Assembly: GCA_905479815.1 (NCBI GenBank)
Contig: CAJQOA010000019.1
Span: 758 to 64,757, forward strand
DNA: 64,000 nt
Source of the DNA: an uncultured Psychroserpens sp.
Lineage (GTDB): Bacteria > Bacteroidota > Bacteroidia > Flavobacteriales > Flavobacteriaceae
Reading direction: 5' to 3'
Shown: one piece after another, positions 51,361 through 60,626 of the stretch
Layout: each line of letters opens with the position of its first letter
Position numbering within the stretch: position 1 is the first letter of the stretch
Translations under genes and position numbers: made by a program
Notes under the pieces: model-generated
The model's database searches: none
The model's input: the letters and a program-made list of their open reading frames with translations, nothing else
Told to the model about the DNA's origin: nothing

Positions 51361-51621
51361 ATGATTATAAATTGGTTAAAAAAGTTATTTGGTTCTAGCG
51401 AAGGAACAGTTTCAAGTAAAGGAACACAAGAAGGGACTGTCAAATTTTTTAATACTAGAAAAGGATTTGGGTTCATAACACTCAAAGATTCTGACGAAGA
51501 AATCTTTGTTCATAAAACAAATATAGTAGGCAAAATTAGAGATAAAAACAAAGTCACTTTCAGTATAGAACAAAGTGATAAAGGACCTATTGCGACAAAT
51601 GTTCGTGTCATAAAAAAATAA
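51361..51621 (+). CDS. Cold-shock domain protein with N-terminal amphipathic extension
   Basis: MIINWLKKLFG extension; GTVKFFN..KGFGFI, IFVH. Confidence 0.92.
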   Translation: MIINWLKKLFGSSEGTVSSKGTQEGTVKFFNTRKGFGFITLKDSDEEIFVHKTNIVGKIRDKNKVTFSIEQSDKGPIATNVRVIKK

Positions 51622-51635
51622 AACACCACAATACA

Positions 51636-51667
51636 AAAAGAACCATCTTAATTGATGGTTTTTTTTA
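51636..51667 (+). terminator. Rho-independent terminator
   Basis: AACCATC-ttaatt-GATGGTT followed by T-run. Confidence 0.75.
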
Positions 51668-51759
51668 TCTTAATTTTTAAATTATTGAGCTAGAGGTTAA
51701 CGTTACTATTTATGTTATTCCCAAGCACAGTATACTTACCTTTGCCAAAATTATTATTT

Positions 51760-53100
51760 ATGTCTAAACGTTTTCCAGAATTAGGAATTATTGAGCCGTT
51801 ACAAAAGGCTTTAGCCGATTTACAAATTTCTGTTCCTACAGATATTCAAGAAAAAGCTATTCCTGTAGTTCTAAACCAAAAAGAAGACCTTGTTGCTGTA
51901 GCAAAAACCGGAACTGGAAAGACAGCTGCTTTTGGATTACCGTTACTACAATTAATTGATGTAGAAAACAACAATATACAAGCACTTATATTAGCCCCAA
52001 CAAGAGAATTGGGCCAACAGATTCATGCCAACTTGGTAGAGTATTCTAAATATAATACAGATGTTTCTATTGCGTCAATTTGTGGAGGAATTCCTATAAA
52101 ACCTCAAATAGAACGCTTAAAGACCACAACACATATTGTAGTTGCAACTCCTGGACGTTTGGTTGATTTAGTAAAGCGTGGTGCTATTGATATTAAAAGT
52201 TTATGCTATTTGGTTCTTGATGAAGCTGATGAAATGGTTACCGCTTTAAAAGAAGACCTAGACACGATTATAAAAGGAATACCGAAAACACGACGCACAT
52301 TATTGTTTACAGCAACGCTATCTGGAGCTATAAAACAATTGGTGCAAAATTACATGTCAAAACATGTGGTGCATGTAGAAGCAGATATGGCTACAACTGG
52401 TCATCAAGGTATCGACCATCAATATGTAGTTGTAGAACCTATAGAGAAATTAGAAGTATTACTTCATTTTTTAAATTCTAAAGCAGGTGAACGCGGAATC
52501 ATATTTTGTAAAACAAAAGCTGCGGTAAATAAACTGGCTAAAAAACTAGCCATAAATAAATTCTCATCTGGAGCAATACATGGTAGTTTAACACAAGGGA
52601 TTCGTGATCGTATCATGGGACAATTTAGAGAAGGTTATATTGATATCTTGGTGGCAACAGATTTAGCAGCTCGTGGTATTGATGTTAAAGATGTGTCTTA
52701 CGTGGTTAATTATCACTTACCAGACACTTATGATGCGTATGTGCATAGAAGTGGACGAACAGCTAGAGCAGGAGCAAAGGGCTTATCGTTAAGTGTTATA
52801 CAGCAAGAAGAAGTAAAAGAAATCCCTGAATTTGAAGAAGAATTAGGTCTTGTGTTTACTGAATTTAAAAAAGCAGATGCACAAAGTATTGAAGAGAATA
52901 ATGGTTTATTATGGGCTAAGAAGATCTTTAAGACCAAACCAAACCGAACGGTGTCTGAAGATTTTAAATCTCAAATTAAAACGATCTTTCATCATTTAAC
53001 TAAAGAAGAACTTGTTGATAAGATATTAGCGAATTATCTAGCTCAAAATATGACAGATAAAGTGAAACCTGAGGGTTCAAAAAAAGTTAAAAAGAAATAA
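51760..53100 (+). CDS. DEAD-box RNA helicase
   Basis: PTDIQ, AKTGTGKT, PTRELG, DEAD, HRSGRTAR; promoter TACCTTTG at 51737. Confidence 0.95.
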   Translation: MSKRFPELGIIEPLQKALADLQISVPTDIQEKAIPVVLNQKEDLVAVAKTGTGKTAAFGLPLLQLIDVENNNIQALILAPTRELGQQIHANLVEYSKYNTDVSIASICGGIPIKPQIERLKTTTHIVVATPGRLVDLVKRGAIDIKSLCYLVLDEADEMVTALKEDLDTIIKGIPKTRRTLLFTATLSGAIKQLVQNYMSKHVVHVEADMATTGHQGIDHQYVVVEPIEKLEVLLHFLNSKAGERGIIFCKTKAAVNKLAKKLAINKFSSGAIHGSLTQGIRDRIMGQFREGYIDILVATDLAARGIDVKDVSYVVNYHLPDTYDAYVHRSGRTARAGAKGLSLSVIQQEEVKEIPEFEEELGLVFTEFKKADAQSIEENNGLLWAKKIFKTKPNRTVSEDFKSQIKTIFHHLTKEELVDKILANYLAQNMTDKVKPEGSKKVKKK

Positions 53101-53101
53101 T

Positions 53102-54415
53102 ATGGCAAATGATATAAAAAACCGACAGGATATTCTAGATAAGCTAGGTATTGAGGCTTTAAATCCAATGCAGGAAGAAGCAGTTGCGCTTATTGAAGCT
53201 CATACGAATACGGTCATATTATCGCCAACTGGAACAGGGAAAACATTAGCATTCTCATTGCCGCTTTTAAATCTTTTAGATGCTGAATCTGCAGAAATTC
53301 AAGCCTTAATCATTGTGCCTTCGCGAGAATTAGCCATTCAAATTGAACAAGTCATTCGTTCTATGGGTTCTGGTTATAAGGTTAATGCGGTTTATGGAGG
53401 CAGACCAATGTCTAAAGACAAAATTGAATTGAAACATAATCCAGCAATATTAGTTGGAACACCAGGAAGAATATTAGATCATTTTGATAATGACCGATTT
53501 TCAAAATTACATATTAAAACACTCATTTTAGATGAGTTTGATAAGTCTTTAGAGAATGGTTTTGAGGAAGAAATGAAAGCTATTTTATATTATTTACCTA
53601 ATTTAAGTAACCGCATATTAACTTCTGCAACACAGGCAGTTGACGTTCCTGATTTTGTGCAATTTAATGACCCAACTACAATTAACTATTTAAAAGAAAA
53701 AACGGAATCTAGACTCGCTCTAAAATTGGTTATTTCCCCAGATAAAAATAAGTTGGTAACCTTATTAGAGTTAGTAAAACATATTGGTAACGAACCTGGA
53801 ATTATCTTCTGTAATTTTAGAGAAAGTATTGATAAAGTAAGTACTATTCTAAATAAAAATAATATTGCACATGCCTGCTTTTCTGGTGGTATGGAGCAAA
53901 AAGACAGAGAACGTGCGCTTATAAAATTTAGAAATGGAACCTGTCAGTTACTAGTGGCAACAGATTTAGCAGCAAGAGGTATTGATGTCCCAGAAATGAA
54001 ATTTATTATCCATTATGAATTACCAATTCATAAAGAAGAGTTCATTCATAGAAACGGAAGAACTGCTAGAGTTAACGCTGCAGGCACATCATATGTTATA
54101 AAGTGGAAAGATCAACTATTACCTAGTTTTATTGACGCTAAAGACCCCGTAGATATTTCTAACAGAGCACCTCATAAAAAGCAATACTGGGAAACCTTGT
54201 TCATTTCAGGAGGACGAAAAGATAAGATCTCAAAAGGCGATATCGCAGGATTATTTTTTAAAGTAGGTGGTCTAAAAAAGGAACAATTAGGTACTATTGA
54301 GCTGAAACCCGATTGTGCATTTGTAGCCGTTCCAATTGCTCTTGCAGATCAATTGGTTGGTACATTAAATAATAGTCGATTAAAAAAGAAAAAAGTAAGA
54401 ATTACAGTGCTTTAA
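53102..54415 (+). CDS. dbpA: DEAD-box RNA helicase, DbpA-like with C-terminal RNA-binding domain
   Basis: [28 protein letters not shown]; C-terminal [14 protein letters not shown]...G.I. Confidence 0.88.
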   Translation: MANDIKNRQDILDKLGIEALNPMQEEAVALIEAHTNTVILSPTGTGKTLAFSLPLLNLLDAESAEIQALIIVPSRELAIQIEQVIRSMGSGYKVNAVYGGRPMSKDKIELKHNPAILVGTPGRILDHFDNDRFSKLHIKTLILDEFDKSLENGFEEEMKAILYYLPNLSNRILTSATQAVDVPDFVQFNDPTTINYLKEKTESRLALKLVISPDKNKLVTLLELVKHIGNEPGIIFCNFRESIDKVSTILNKNNIAHACFSGGMEQKDRERALIKFRNGTCQLLVATDLAARGIDVPEMKFIIHYELPIHKEEFIHRNGRTARVNAAGTSYVIKWKDQLLPSFIDAKDPVDISNRAPHKKQYWETLFISGGRKDKISKGDIAGLFFKVGGLKKEQLGTIELKPDCAFVAVPIALADQLVGTLNNSRLKKKKVRITVL

Positions 54416-54419
54416 TGTT

Positions 54420-55955
54420 ATGAGTGAGAATACAATAGGCGAAGACATAGATTTCTGTATCACAACTATACAGAAGATACTTGATGATTCAAATCAACTT
54501 TATGAACTCCCTGAGGAGCAGAGAGTCGCACTGATTAAAGTTGCAGGTCAATTGTCAAGACCAAACCGTGAAGAGCATAAGCGTCGAAAAAAAGACGCTA
54601 AAAAAGCGATCAAACGTAAGATGATTGCTAGAGATAAGCATGCTCGAAAAGAAACAGGAATTAGATCTGCAAGAGAAGCCAGTGTTTTTACAGCACCCAA
54701 ATTATTAGCTCCAACTGAAGCTCAAAAAGACACTTCAGAATTAGAATCCCCAAGAAACTGTTACGTTTGTAAAACTGTGTATACTAAGTTGCATCATTTT
54801 TATGATACGATGTGTACCGATTGTGGTGATTTAAATTACGCCAAACGTTTTCAAACAGCAGATTTAACAGATCAAGTCGCCGTTATTACTGGATCTCGAT
54901 TAAAAATAGGATATCATATTACCTTAATGTTATTGCGCTCTGGAGCTACAGTTATAGCTACGACACGTTTTCCTGCAGATTCTGCAATTCGTTTTGCAAA
55001 AGAAGACGATTATAGCAAATGGAGTGATCGTTTGCATATTCATGGTTTAGATTTACGTCATATTCCAAGTGTAGAGATTTTTTGTAATTATATAGAACAG
55101 CAATATTCGCGATTAGATATTTTAATCAATAATGCAGCACAAACGGTTAGGCGACCTTCTGGTTTTTATTTCCACTTGATGGAAAATGAAAAAAGACCTA
55201 TTACTGAATTACCATTAAGAGCACAGGAGTTATTAAAAAGTCATGAGAGCTGTTTGCAAGAATTATCAGATTTGAGTATACCAACGTCAAAAACAGCAAA
55301 AAATGACGTGTTACCAGTCACTTGGCATGGGCCAGAACCAGGCATTGGTTTGCGTTCTTCTGCTGAGTTATCACAAATTCCGTACAGTTTTGATAATGCC
55401 TTACAGGCTAAAGAAGTGTTTCCTGAAGGCGAATTAGATGCCGATTTACAACAAGTCGATTTAAGAAAAACCAACAGTTGGAGATTAACACTTGGCGAAA
55501 TAGAAACGACCGAAATGGTAGAAGTACAACTCGTTAATGCTGTAGCTCCTTTTGTGTTATGTAATCGTTTGTCACATTTGATGATGAAAGAAAACACAGG
55601 TAAAAAGCATATTATCAATGTATCTGCGATGGAAGGAAAGTTCCATAGATTTAAAAAGGAAGATCGCCATCCACATACTAATATGGCTAAAGCAGCTTTA
55701 AATATGTTAACACATACATCATCTGCTACCTTTGCGAAGTCTGGTATTTATATGAATGCTGTGGACACAGGTTGGGTAACCGATGAGGATCCAGCAGAAT
55801 TATCTAAAAAGAAAATTGAGGTGCATGATTTTCAACCACCATTAGATATCGTTGATGGTGCAGCACGTGTAATGGATCCCTTAATTGATGGAATTAATAC
55901 AGGAAAACATTGGTGTGGAAAGTTCTTGAAAGATTATTTTCCTATCGATTGGTAA
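54420..55955 (+). CDS. Atypical SDR-family oxidoreductase with basic helix and CxxC/CxxC zinc ribbon
   Basis: CYVC...CTDC; [49 protein letters not shown]. Confidence 0.88.
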   Translation: MSENTIGEDIDFCITTIQKILDDSNQLYELPEEQRVALIKVAGQLSRPNREEHKRRKKDAKKAIKRKMIARDKHARKETGIRSAREASVFTAPKLLAPTEAQKDTSELESPRNCYVCKTVYTKLHHFYDTMCTDCGDLNYAKRFQTADLTDQVAVITGSRLKIGYHITLMLLRSGATVIATTRFPADSAIRFAKEDDYSKWSDRLHIHGLDLRHIPSVEIFCNYIEQQYSRLDILINNAAQTVRRPSGFYFHLMENEKRPITELPLRAQELLKSHESCLQELSDLSIPTSKTAKNDVLPVTWHGPEPGIGLRSSAELSQIPYSFDNALQAKEVFPEGELDADLQQVDLRKTNSWRLTLGEIETTEMVEVQLVNAVAPFVLCNRLSHLMMKENTGKKHIINVSAMEGKFHRFKKEDRHPHTNMAKAALNMLTHTSSATFAKSGIYMNAVDTGWVTDEDPAELSKKKIEVHDFQPPLDIVDGAARVMDPLIDGINTGKHWCGKFLKDYFPIDW

Positions 55956-56036
55956 GCTAAATTGAATATTAACGTAAAGTGTTGCAATTCATTTAAAAAT
56001 AGGACGTACTTTCGCGCGCTCAAAACAACATTTGAA

Positions 56037-56486
56037 ATGAAGCGCATAAAACAATACAAGAAACTTTTTGGAATAGAAAACGAGATCGAATTAAAACCTC
56101 TTAAAAAGACATATCGTGATTTGGTTAAGGAATGGCATCCTGATAAATTTCAAGATGGACACGAATTACAAGAAGAAGCTGAAATCCAAAGCCGAAATAT
56201 TATCGATGGTTACCACTTTTTGGTAAGTATGGCTCCAGAAACTAAAGCAGCTAACTTAGAGGCTTACACTGAAACTATTACCAATGCTGGTATTGATGAT
56301 TACCAACATAAAGGTATGTTGTTAGAAATCACTTTTCTTGATGGCAATACATATGAGTACTTTGGTGTGACTAAGCAAGTCTATATAAAAATGGTGAATA
56401 GCGGTAAAATCAATCGTTTTGCAAAACGTGCTATTTATCCTAAATATATCTACAGAAAATCAAAGCGCACGCTAGAGAACGCTTAA
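56037..56486 (+). CDS. J-domain (DnaJ) - KTSC domain fusion protein
   Basis: YR.LVKEWHPDKF; C-terminal LLEITFLDG.TYEYFGV...Y; promoter TACTTTCG at 56007. Confidence 0.88.
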   Translation: MKRIKQYKKLFGIENEIELKPLKKTYRDLVKEWHPDKFQDGHELQEEAEIQSRNIIDGYHFLVSMAPETKAANLEAYTETITNAGIDDYQHKGMLLEITFLDGNTYEYFGVTKQVYIKMVNSGKINRFAKRAIYPKYIYRKSKRTLENA

Positions 56487-56583
56487 GATAAGTTACATCA
56501 TATAATTATGCTTAATTCTGTTTCGTTATTTTTTCGGAACATATCTTTTGTGTTATTTATGAAATCAAACTTGATTAAAAAAT

Positions 56584-57330
56584 ATGTCAATACTTAAGAA
56601 TACCTTAGCATTAGTCATTATTACATCACTATTAATTGGTTGTTCTTCTAGTGAGACATTACAGAATACTCCAATTGGTTTAATAAACAATGTGTCTTAT
56701 AAACAGTCGTCATTTGATAATCCAAATGCTTCCAATGGGTTTTTGGTTCAATATGAAAATACAACCTATGCTATCACTGCTAAGCATGTTCTTATGATTG
56801 CAAAAACAGATCATATGTCATTTGTTGATTTTGAAGGTGGTCTAAAAGAATGGCGAATGCATCCCAAAAATGATAGTAGTAAATATGTCATTACAGATAA
56901 GTTGTTGAGTGTTAGTAGAAAAGACTCACTGACTTGGAATTATATGAATACAAATTGGGATACTTATAATGATTGGTTAGTGTTTTCAGTTAAAGAAAAT
57001 ATGACAGCTCATAAACCTTTGACATTCAGAAAAGAGCCACTCAAAAAAGGAGAATCATTATATGCCGTAGGATGGACTTATAAAGACTCCATTGGTAAAC
57101 AACGTGTTTATGAATATAAGTTTGATAAAACCGAAGGCAATTACCATACTCTAATCCAAATACAAGGACCAAAAAGTTTAGGAGGCTTAAGTGGAGCGCC
57201 AATAGTAGATGGAAATGGTAGCGTCGTAGGTTTAGTATCATCTGGCTGGGAAGATGACACAACTAAACAAGTGTTTATAGAAGCGACAACTATGTCAAAT
57301 GTCATTGAATTCATTTCTAATTTAAACTAA
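56584..57330 (+). CDS. Trypsin-like serine protease lipoprotein
   Basis: Lipobox LIGC; triad motifs TAKHV, DW, GLSGAP. Confidence 0.8.
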   Translation: MSILKNTLALVIITSLLIGCSSSETLQNTPIGLINNVSYKQSSFDNPNASNGFLVQYENTTYAITAKHVLMIAKTDHMSFVDFEGGLKEWRMHPKNDSSKYVITDKLLSVSRKDSLTWNYMNTNWDTYNDWLVFSVKENMTAHKPLTFRKEPLKKGESLYAVGWTYKDSIGKQRVYEYKFDKTEGNYHTLIQIQGPKSLGGLSGAPIVDGNGSVVGLVSSGWEDDTTKQVFIEATTMSNVIEFISNLN

Positions 57331-57367
57331 TTGTAGTATTATTAGTCTTACAACAAATCTATACTAT

Positions 57368-58666
57368 ATGAAGTCTAAGTTTTTTGTTTTACTGCTAACT
57401 ATATTAGTTTCCTGCGGAAGCGATGATATAACTACAACTGTAACTCCTACTCAAGAAAAAACTAATATTCTTTTAATCATCGCAGATGATATGGGCATAG
57501 ATGCTACTCCTAGCTATAGTCTTGGAACTACAAAGCCATCTATGCCTAATTTAGAGAACATGCTTAATACAGGTGTTAAGTTTAATAATTTATGGTCATA
57601 TCCAACTTGTACACCAACACGTTCAAGTATCATCACTGGAAAATATGGTTTTAGAACTAATGTATTAAAAGTTGGTGATGTCTTACCAACATCAGAAATA
57701 GCGCTTCAAAAACATTTAGATAATAATTCATCTGGTTATAGTCATGCAGTCATTGGTAAATGGCATTTGTCAACTGATGCAAATCATCCTACAAATATGG
57801 GTGTTGGTTATTATGCAGGACTATTAAGTGGTGGTGTTCAATCGTATACAAATTGGAATTTAACTGAGAATGGACAAACGACAAATGCTACAGATTATAC
57901 AACTACAAAATTCACCGACTTAGCTATTGATTGGATAGATAACCAAACACAACCTTGGTTTTTATGGCTAGCATACAATGCACCACACACGCCATTCCAT
58001 TTACCTCCAAATGATTTGCATTCACAAGGTGTTTTACCAACTGATGATGCAAGTATAGATGCAAATCCTCAACCATACTATATGGCTATGTTAGAAGCTA
58101 TGGATTCTGAAATGGGTAGATTATTAGCGTCAATGTCTCAAGAAGAAAAAGATAATACTATTATTATTTTTATTGGAGATAATGGGACTCCAAATCAAGT
58201 TGTACAAGAGTATAGCAGTCAAAGAGCCAAAGGTACTGTCTATCAAGGAGGCGTAAATGTACCAATGATTATTTCGGGTAAAGATGTCAATCGAGTCAAT
58301 CAAGTTGAAGATGCTTTATTAAACACGACAGATCTTTTTGCAACTATTGCAGATCTTGCAGGCACTGGGACTTCAGAAATAAATGACAGTAAGAGTTTTA
58401 AAGAATTATTAACGAGTTCAAATTCAAGTTTCAGAAATTATGTTTATACTGAAATAGGCAAAGAAACTGGAGGGTCAGACTATACCATTAGAAATACAAC
58501 TCATAAATACATTCGTTTTGAAAATGGAAACGAAGCACTCTATAATTTAAGTGTTAATCCATTAGAAAACCCAAACTTATTAAATGCAAATCAATTGCCT
58601 TTAAGTGACTCAGATAGTGCAATAAAAGATGAGTTAACAAACGAATTGAATGCTATTAGACAGTAA
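57368..58666 (+). CDS. Formylglycine-dependent sulfatase (S1), lipoprotein
   Basis: Lipobox LVSC; NILLIIADD, CTPTR (CxPxR), GKWHL, PH.P, GDNG. Confidence 0.92.
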   Translation: MKSKFFVLLLTILVSCGSDDITTTVTPTQEKTNILLIIADDMGIDATPSYSLGTTKPSMPNLENMLNTGVKFNNLWSYPTCTPTRSSIITGKYGFRTNVLKVGDVLPTSEIALQKHLDNNSSGYSHAVIGKWHLSTDANHPTNMGVGYYAGLLSGGVQSYTNWNLTENGQTTNATDYTTTKFTDLAIDWIDNQTQPWFLWLAYNAPHTPFHLPPNDLHSQGVLPTDDASIDANPQPYYMAMLEAMDSEMGRLLASMSQEEKDNTIIIFIGDNGTPNQVVQEYSSQRAKGTVYQGGVNVPMIISGKDVNRVNQVEDALLNTTDLFATIADLAGTGTSEINDSKSFKELLTSSNSSFRNYVYTEIGKETGGSDYTIRNTTHKYIRFENGNEALYNLSVNPLENPNLLNANQLPLSDSDSAIKDELTNELNAIRQ

Positions 58667-58820
58667 CTACATCTTATAAAAATTCTTCAGTAAGAACAAG
58701 TGTTTAATAAATATACGCTTGAACAATAGTAGATTTTGGCAACACATAAAATAGTGTGACGCACGTGTTTTGGACTTATTTCTTAAAAAAATAATGTACA
58801 TTACACTTAAAATCAAGCAT

Positions 58821-59912
58821 ATGCCATTATTTTTGGATTTACACGAGTTGCCTGAAGGTATTACAGCACAACATGTAGCAGAAATGCACCAAGCCGATTT
58901 AGACATCGAGCATGAATACAATTGTCGTGGATTAACCTATTGGTGTGACGAAATAAGGAAGACTGCATTTTGCCTAATAGAAGCGCCAAATAAACAAGCA
59001 CTTATTGATTTACATGAAAATGCTCATGGTGCTATTCCAACACGTATTATTGAAGTTAATGATACGATTGTAGAATCTTTTTTAGGACGAATAGAAGATC
59101 CTGAAAAATCTAAAAATGTAAGTCTTAACATTATTAATGATCCTGCTTTTAGAACTTTAATGGTTGTTAAAATGAAAACTATAGCCTTACGGTCTACTGA
59201 AATAAATATCTTAAAAGCAGCAATTAGAGGGTATACCACATCTATAAAAGGTTTAGCATCTAATTATAATGGAAGTATTGTAAAACAAGAAGCAAATACA
59301 TTTCTAATATCGTTTGCATCTGTAACAGACGCTATACATTGTGGTATAAAAATTAATAAGTCTTACAATATTACTGTTACACCAGATTTAGAATTTAATA
59401 TTGGCATTAGTGCAGGAACTCCAGTTACTAAAAAGGATAGTATTTTTGAAGACACAATAAAGACTTCAAATTATTTAAGTGATCTCTCCAGTGGTATTCA
59501 TATCACATCAATACTAAAAGACCTTTATGAAGGAGAAAATCAAAATACGCCTATATCTCAAGATAGTTCTATTACAATCTTAAATAAAGCAGATGAGGAT
59601 TTCATAATGCAATTAATGGCTTATACAGAAAAAATATGGTCACATACAAGTACAAGTGTTAATGATTTTGAAGAAAATTTAGGATATAGTAAATCCAAAC
59701 TGTACAGAACTATGATGAATCTAATTGGAAAATCTCCAAATATGTTTTTAAGAGATTACCGTTTAAACAACGCTTTAAAATTACTAGAAAAACAAAGTTC
59801 AAATATTTCTGAAATCGCTTATCAAACAGGATTTAGTAGTCCTGCTTATTTTTCAAAATGTTTCAATACAAAATACGGAATCCTACCTTCAAATTTTATA
59901 TTTAATAAATAA
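58821..59912 (+). CDS. AraC-family regulator with N-terminal DUF4242 (SCO4226-like) and degenerate nucleotide-cyclase-like domain
   Basis: MPLFLDLH..H..D...LTYW.DE....FCLIEAP...H...HG; C-terminal NISEIAYQTGFSSPAYFSKCF. Confidence 0.87.
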   Translation: MPLFLDLHELPEGITAQHVAEMHQADLDIEHEYNCRGLTYWCDEIRKTAFCLIEAPNKQALIDLHENAHGAIPTRIIEVNDTIVESFLGRIEDPEKSKNVSLNIINDPAFRTLMVVKMKTIALRSTEINILKAAIRGYTTSIKGLASNYNGSIVKQEANTFLISFASVTDAIHCGIKINKSYNITVTPDLEFNIGISAGTPVTKKDSIFEDTIKTSNYLSDLSSGIHITSILKDLYEGENQNTPISQDSSITILNKADEDFIMQLMAYTEKIWSHTSTSVNDFEENLGYSKSKLYRTMMNLIGKSPNMFLRDYRLNNALKLLEKQSSNISEIAYQTGFSSPAYFSKCFNTKYGILPSNFIFNK

Positions 59913-59948
59913 TATATTGATTATCAAATTGTTATTGTGTATTTTTCC

Positions 59949-60016
59949 TTTGGTCTAAAATTGTATTTATTTGGTCTAAATGTAGAATTATAGAAAATTA
60001 TTCTATTCTACTTTTG
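59949..60016 (+). promoter_or_regulatory. AraC-type direct repeats plus -7 promoter element
   Basis: TTTGGTCTAAA at 59949 and 59970 (21-bp spacing); TACTTTTG 60009-60016. Confidence 0.6.
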
Positions 60017-60041
60017 TTGAAAACCAAATACATATAAAATT

Positions 60042-60545
60042 ATGAAAACAAAATTTAGAGTAGTATTGATTATGATTTTTGCAATTATAATCACAGGATG
60101 TGAAGACAAAGAATTAGATGTTGTAACCAACAATCGCAATATCATAACTTATGAATTTCCTGACGAGAAACAAGACGTATTAGAAACTTTTGGAGCTATC
60201 GCTCAGAGTATTAGAGATGGTGATATGGATCAACTTATTTCTTTTCATGCCTATAGTCCAAAATTTACCGAATTTAAAAATGGAGAACTAAGAAATGGAG
60301 CTGAAGCAAATGAAGCACATGAGAGAAGTGTTTTTGGTGCTGTTACCGAAGTCGTGAAATTTGATGCAAACGATTTAAAAATTGCTGTGTATGGAGAAGT
60401 CGCAAATTTGACTTTTCATTCAGATTTTCATTTAAGATTTGGTGATGACTTAGTTATTGTTAATGATCAAATAACGTTATTATTTGTAAAAACAGATGAC
60501 GGATGGAAAATGGTTCATGAGCATCATTCTCCTTTGATGTTATAA
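60042..60545 (+). CDS. SnoaL/NTF2-like lipoprotein
   Basis: Lipobox ITGC; C-terminal TLLFVKTDDGWKMVHEHHS. Confidence 0.85.
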   Translation: MKTKFRVVLIMIFAIIITGCEDKELDVVTNNRNIITYEFPDEKQDVLETFGAIAQSIRDGDMDQLISFHAYSPKFTEFKNGELRNGAEANEAHERSVFGAVTEVVKFDANDLKIAVYGEVANLTFHSDFHLRFGDDLVIVNDQITLLFVKTDDGWKMVHEHHSPLML

Positions 60546-60626
60546 CAGTTGAAATTGTTCCACAACAATAAATTTCCGCAGTAAAAAACAACAACACAAT
60601 TAAACCAATCAACCAAATTCATTACA

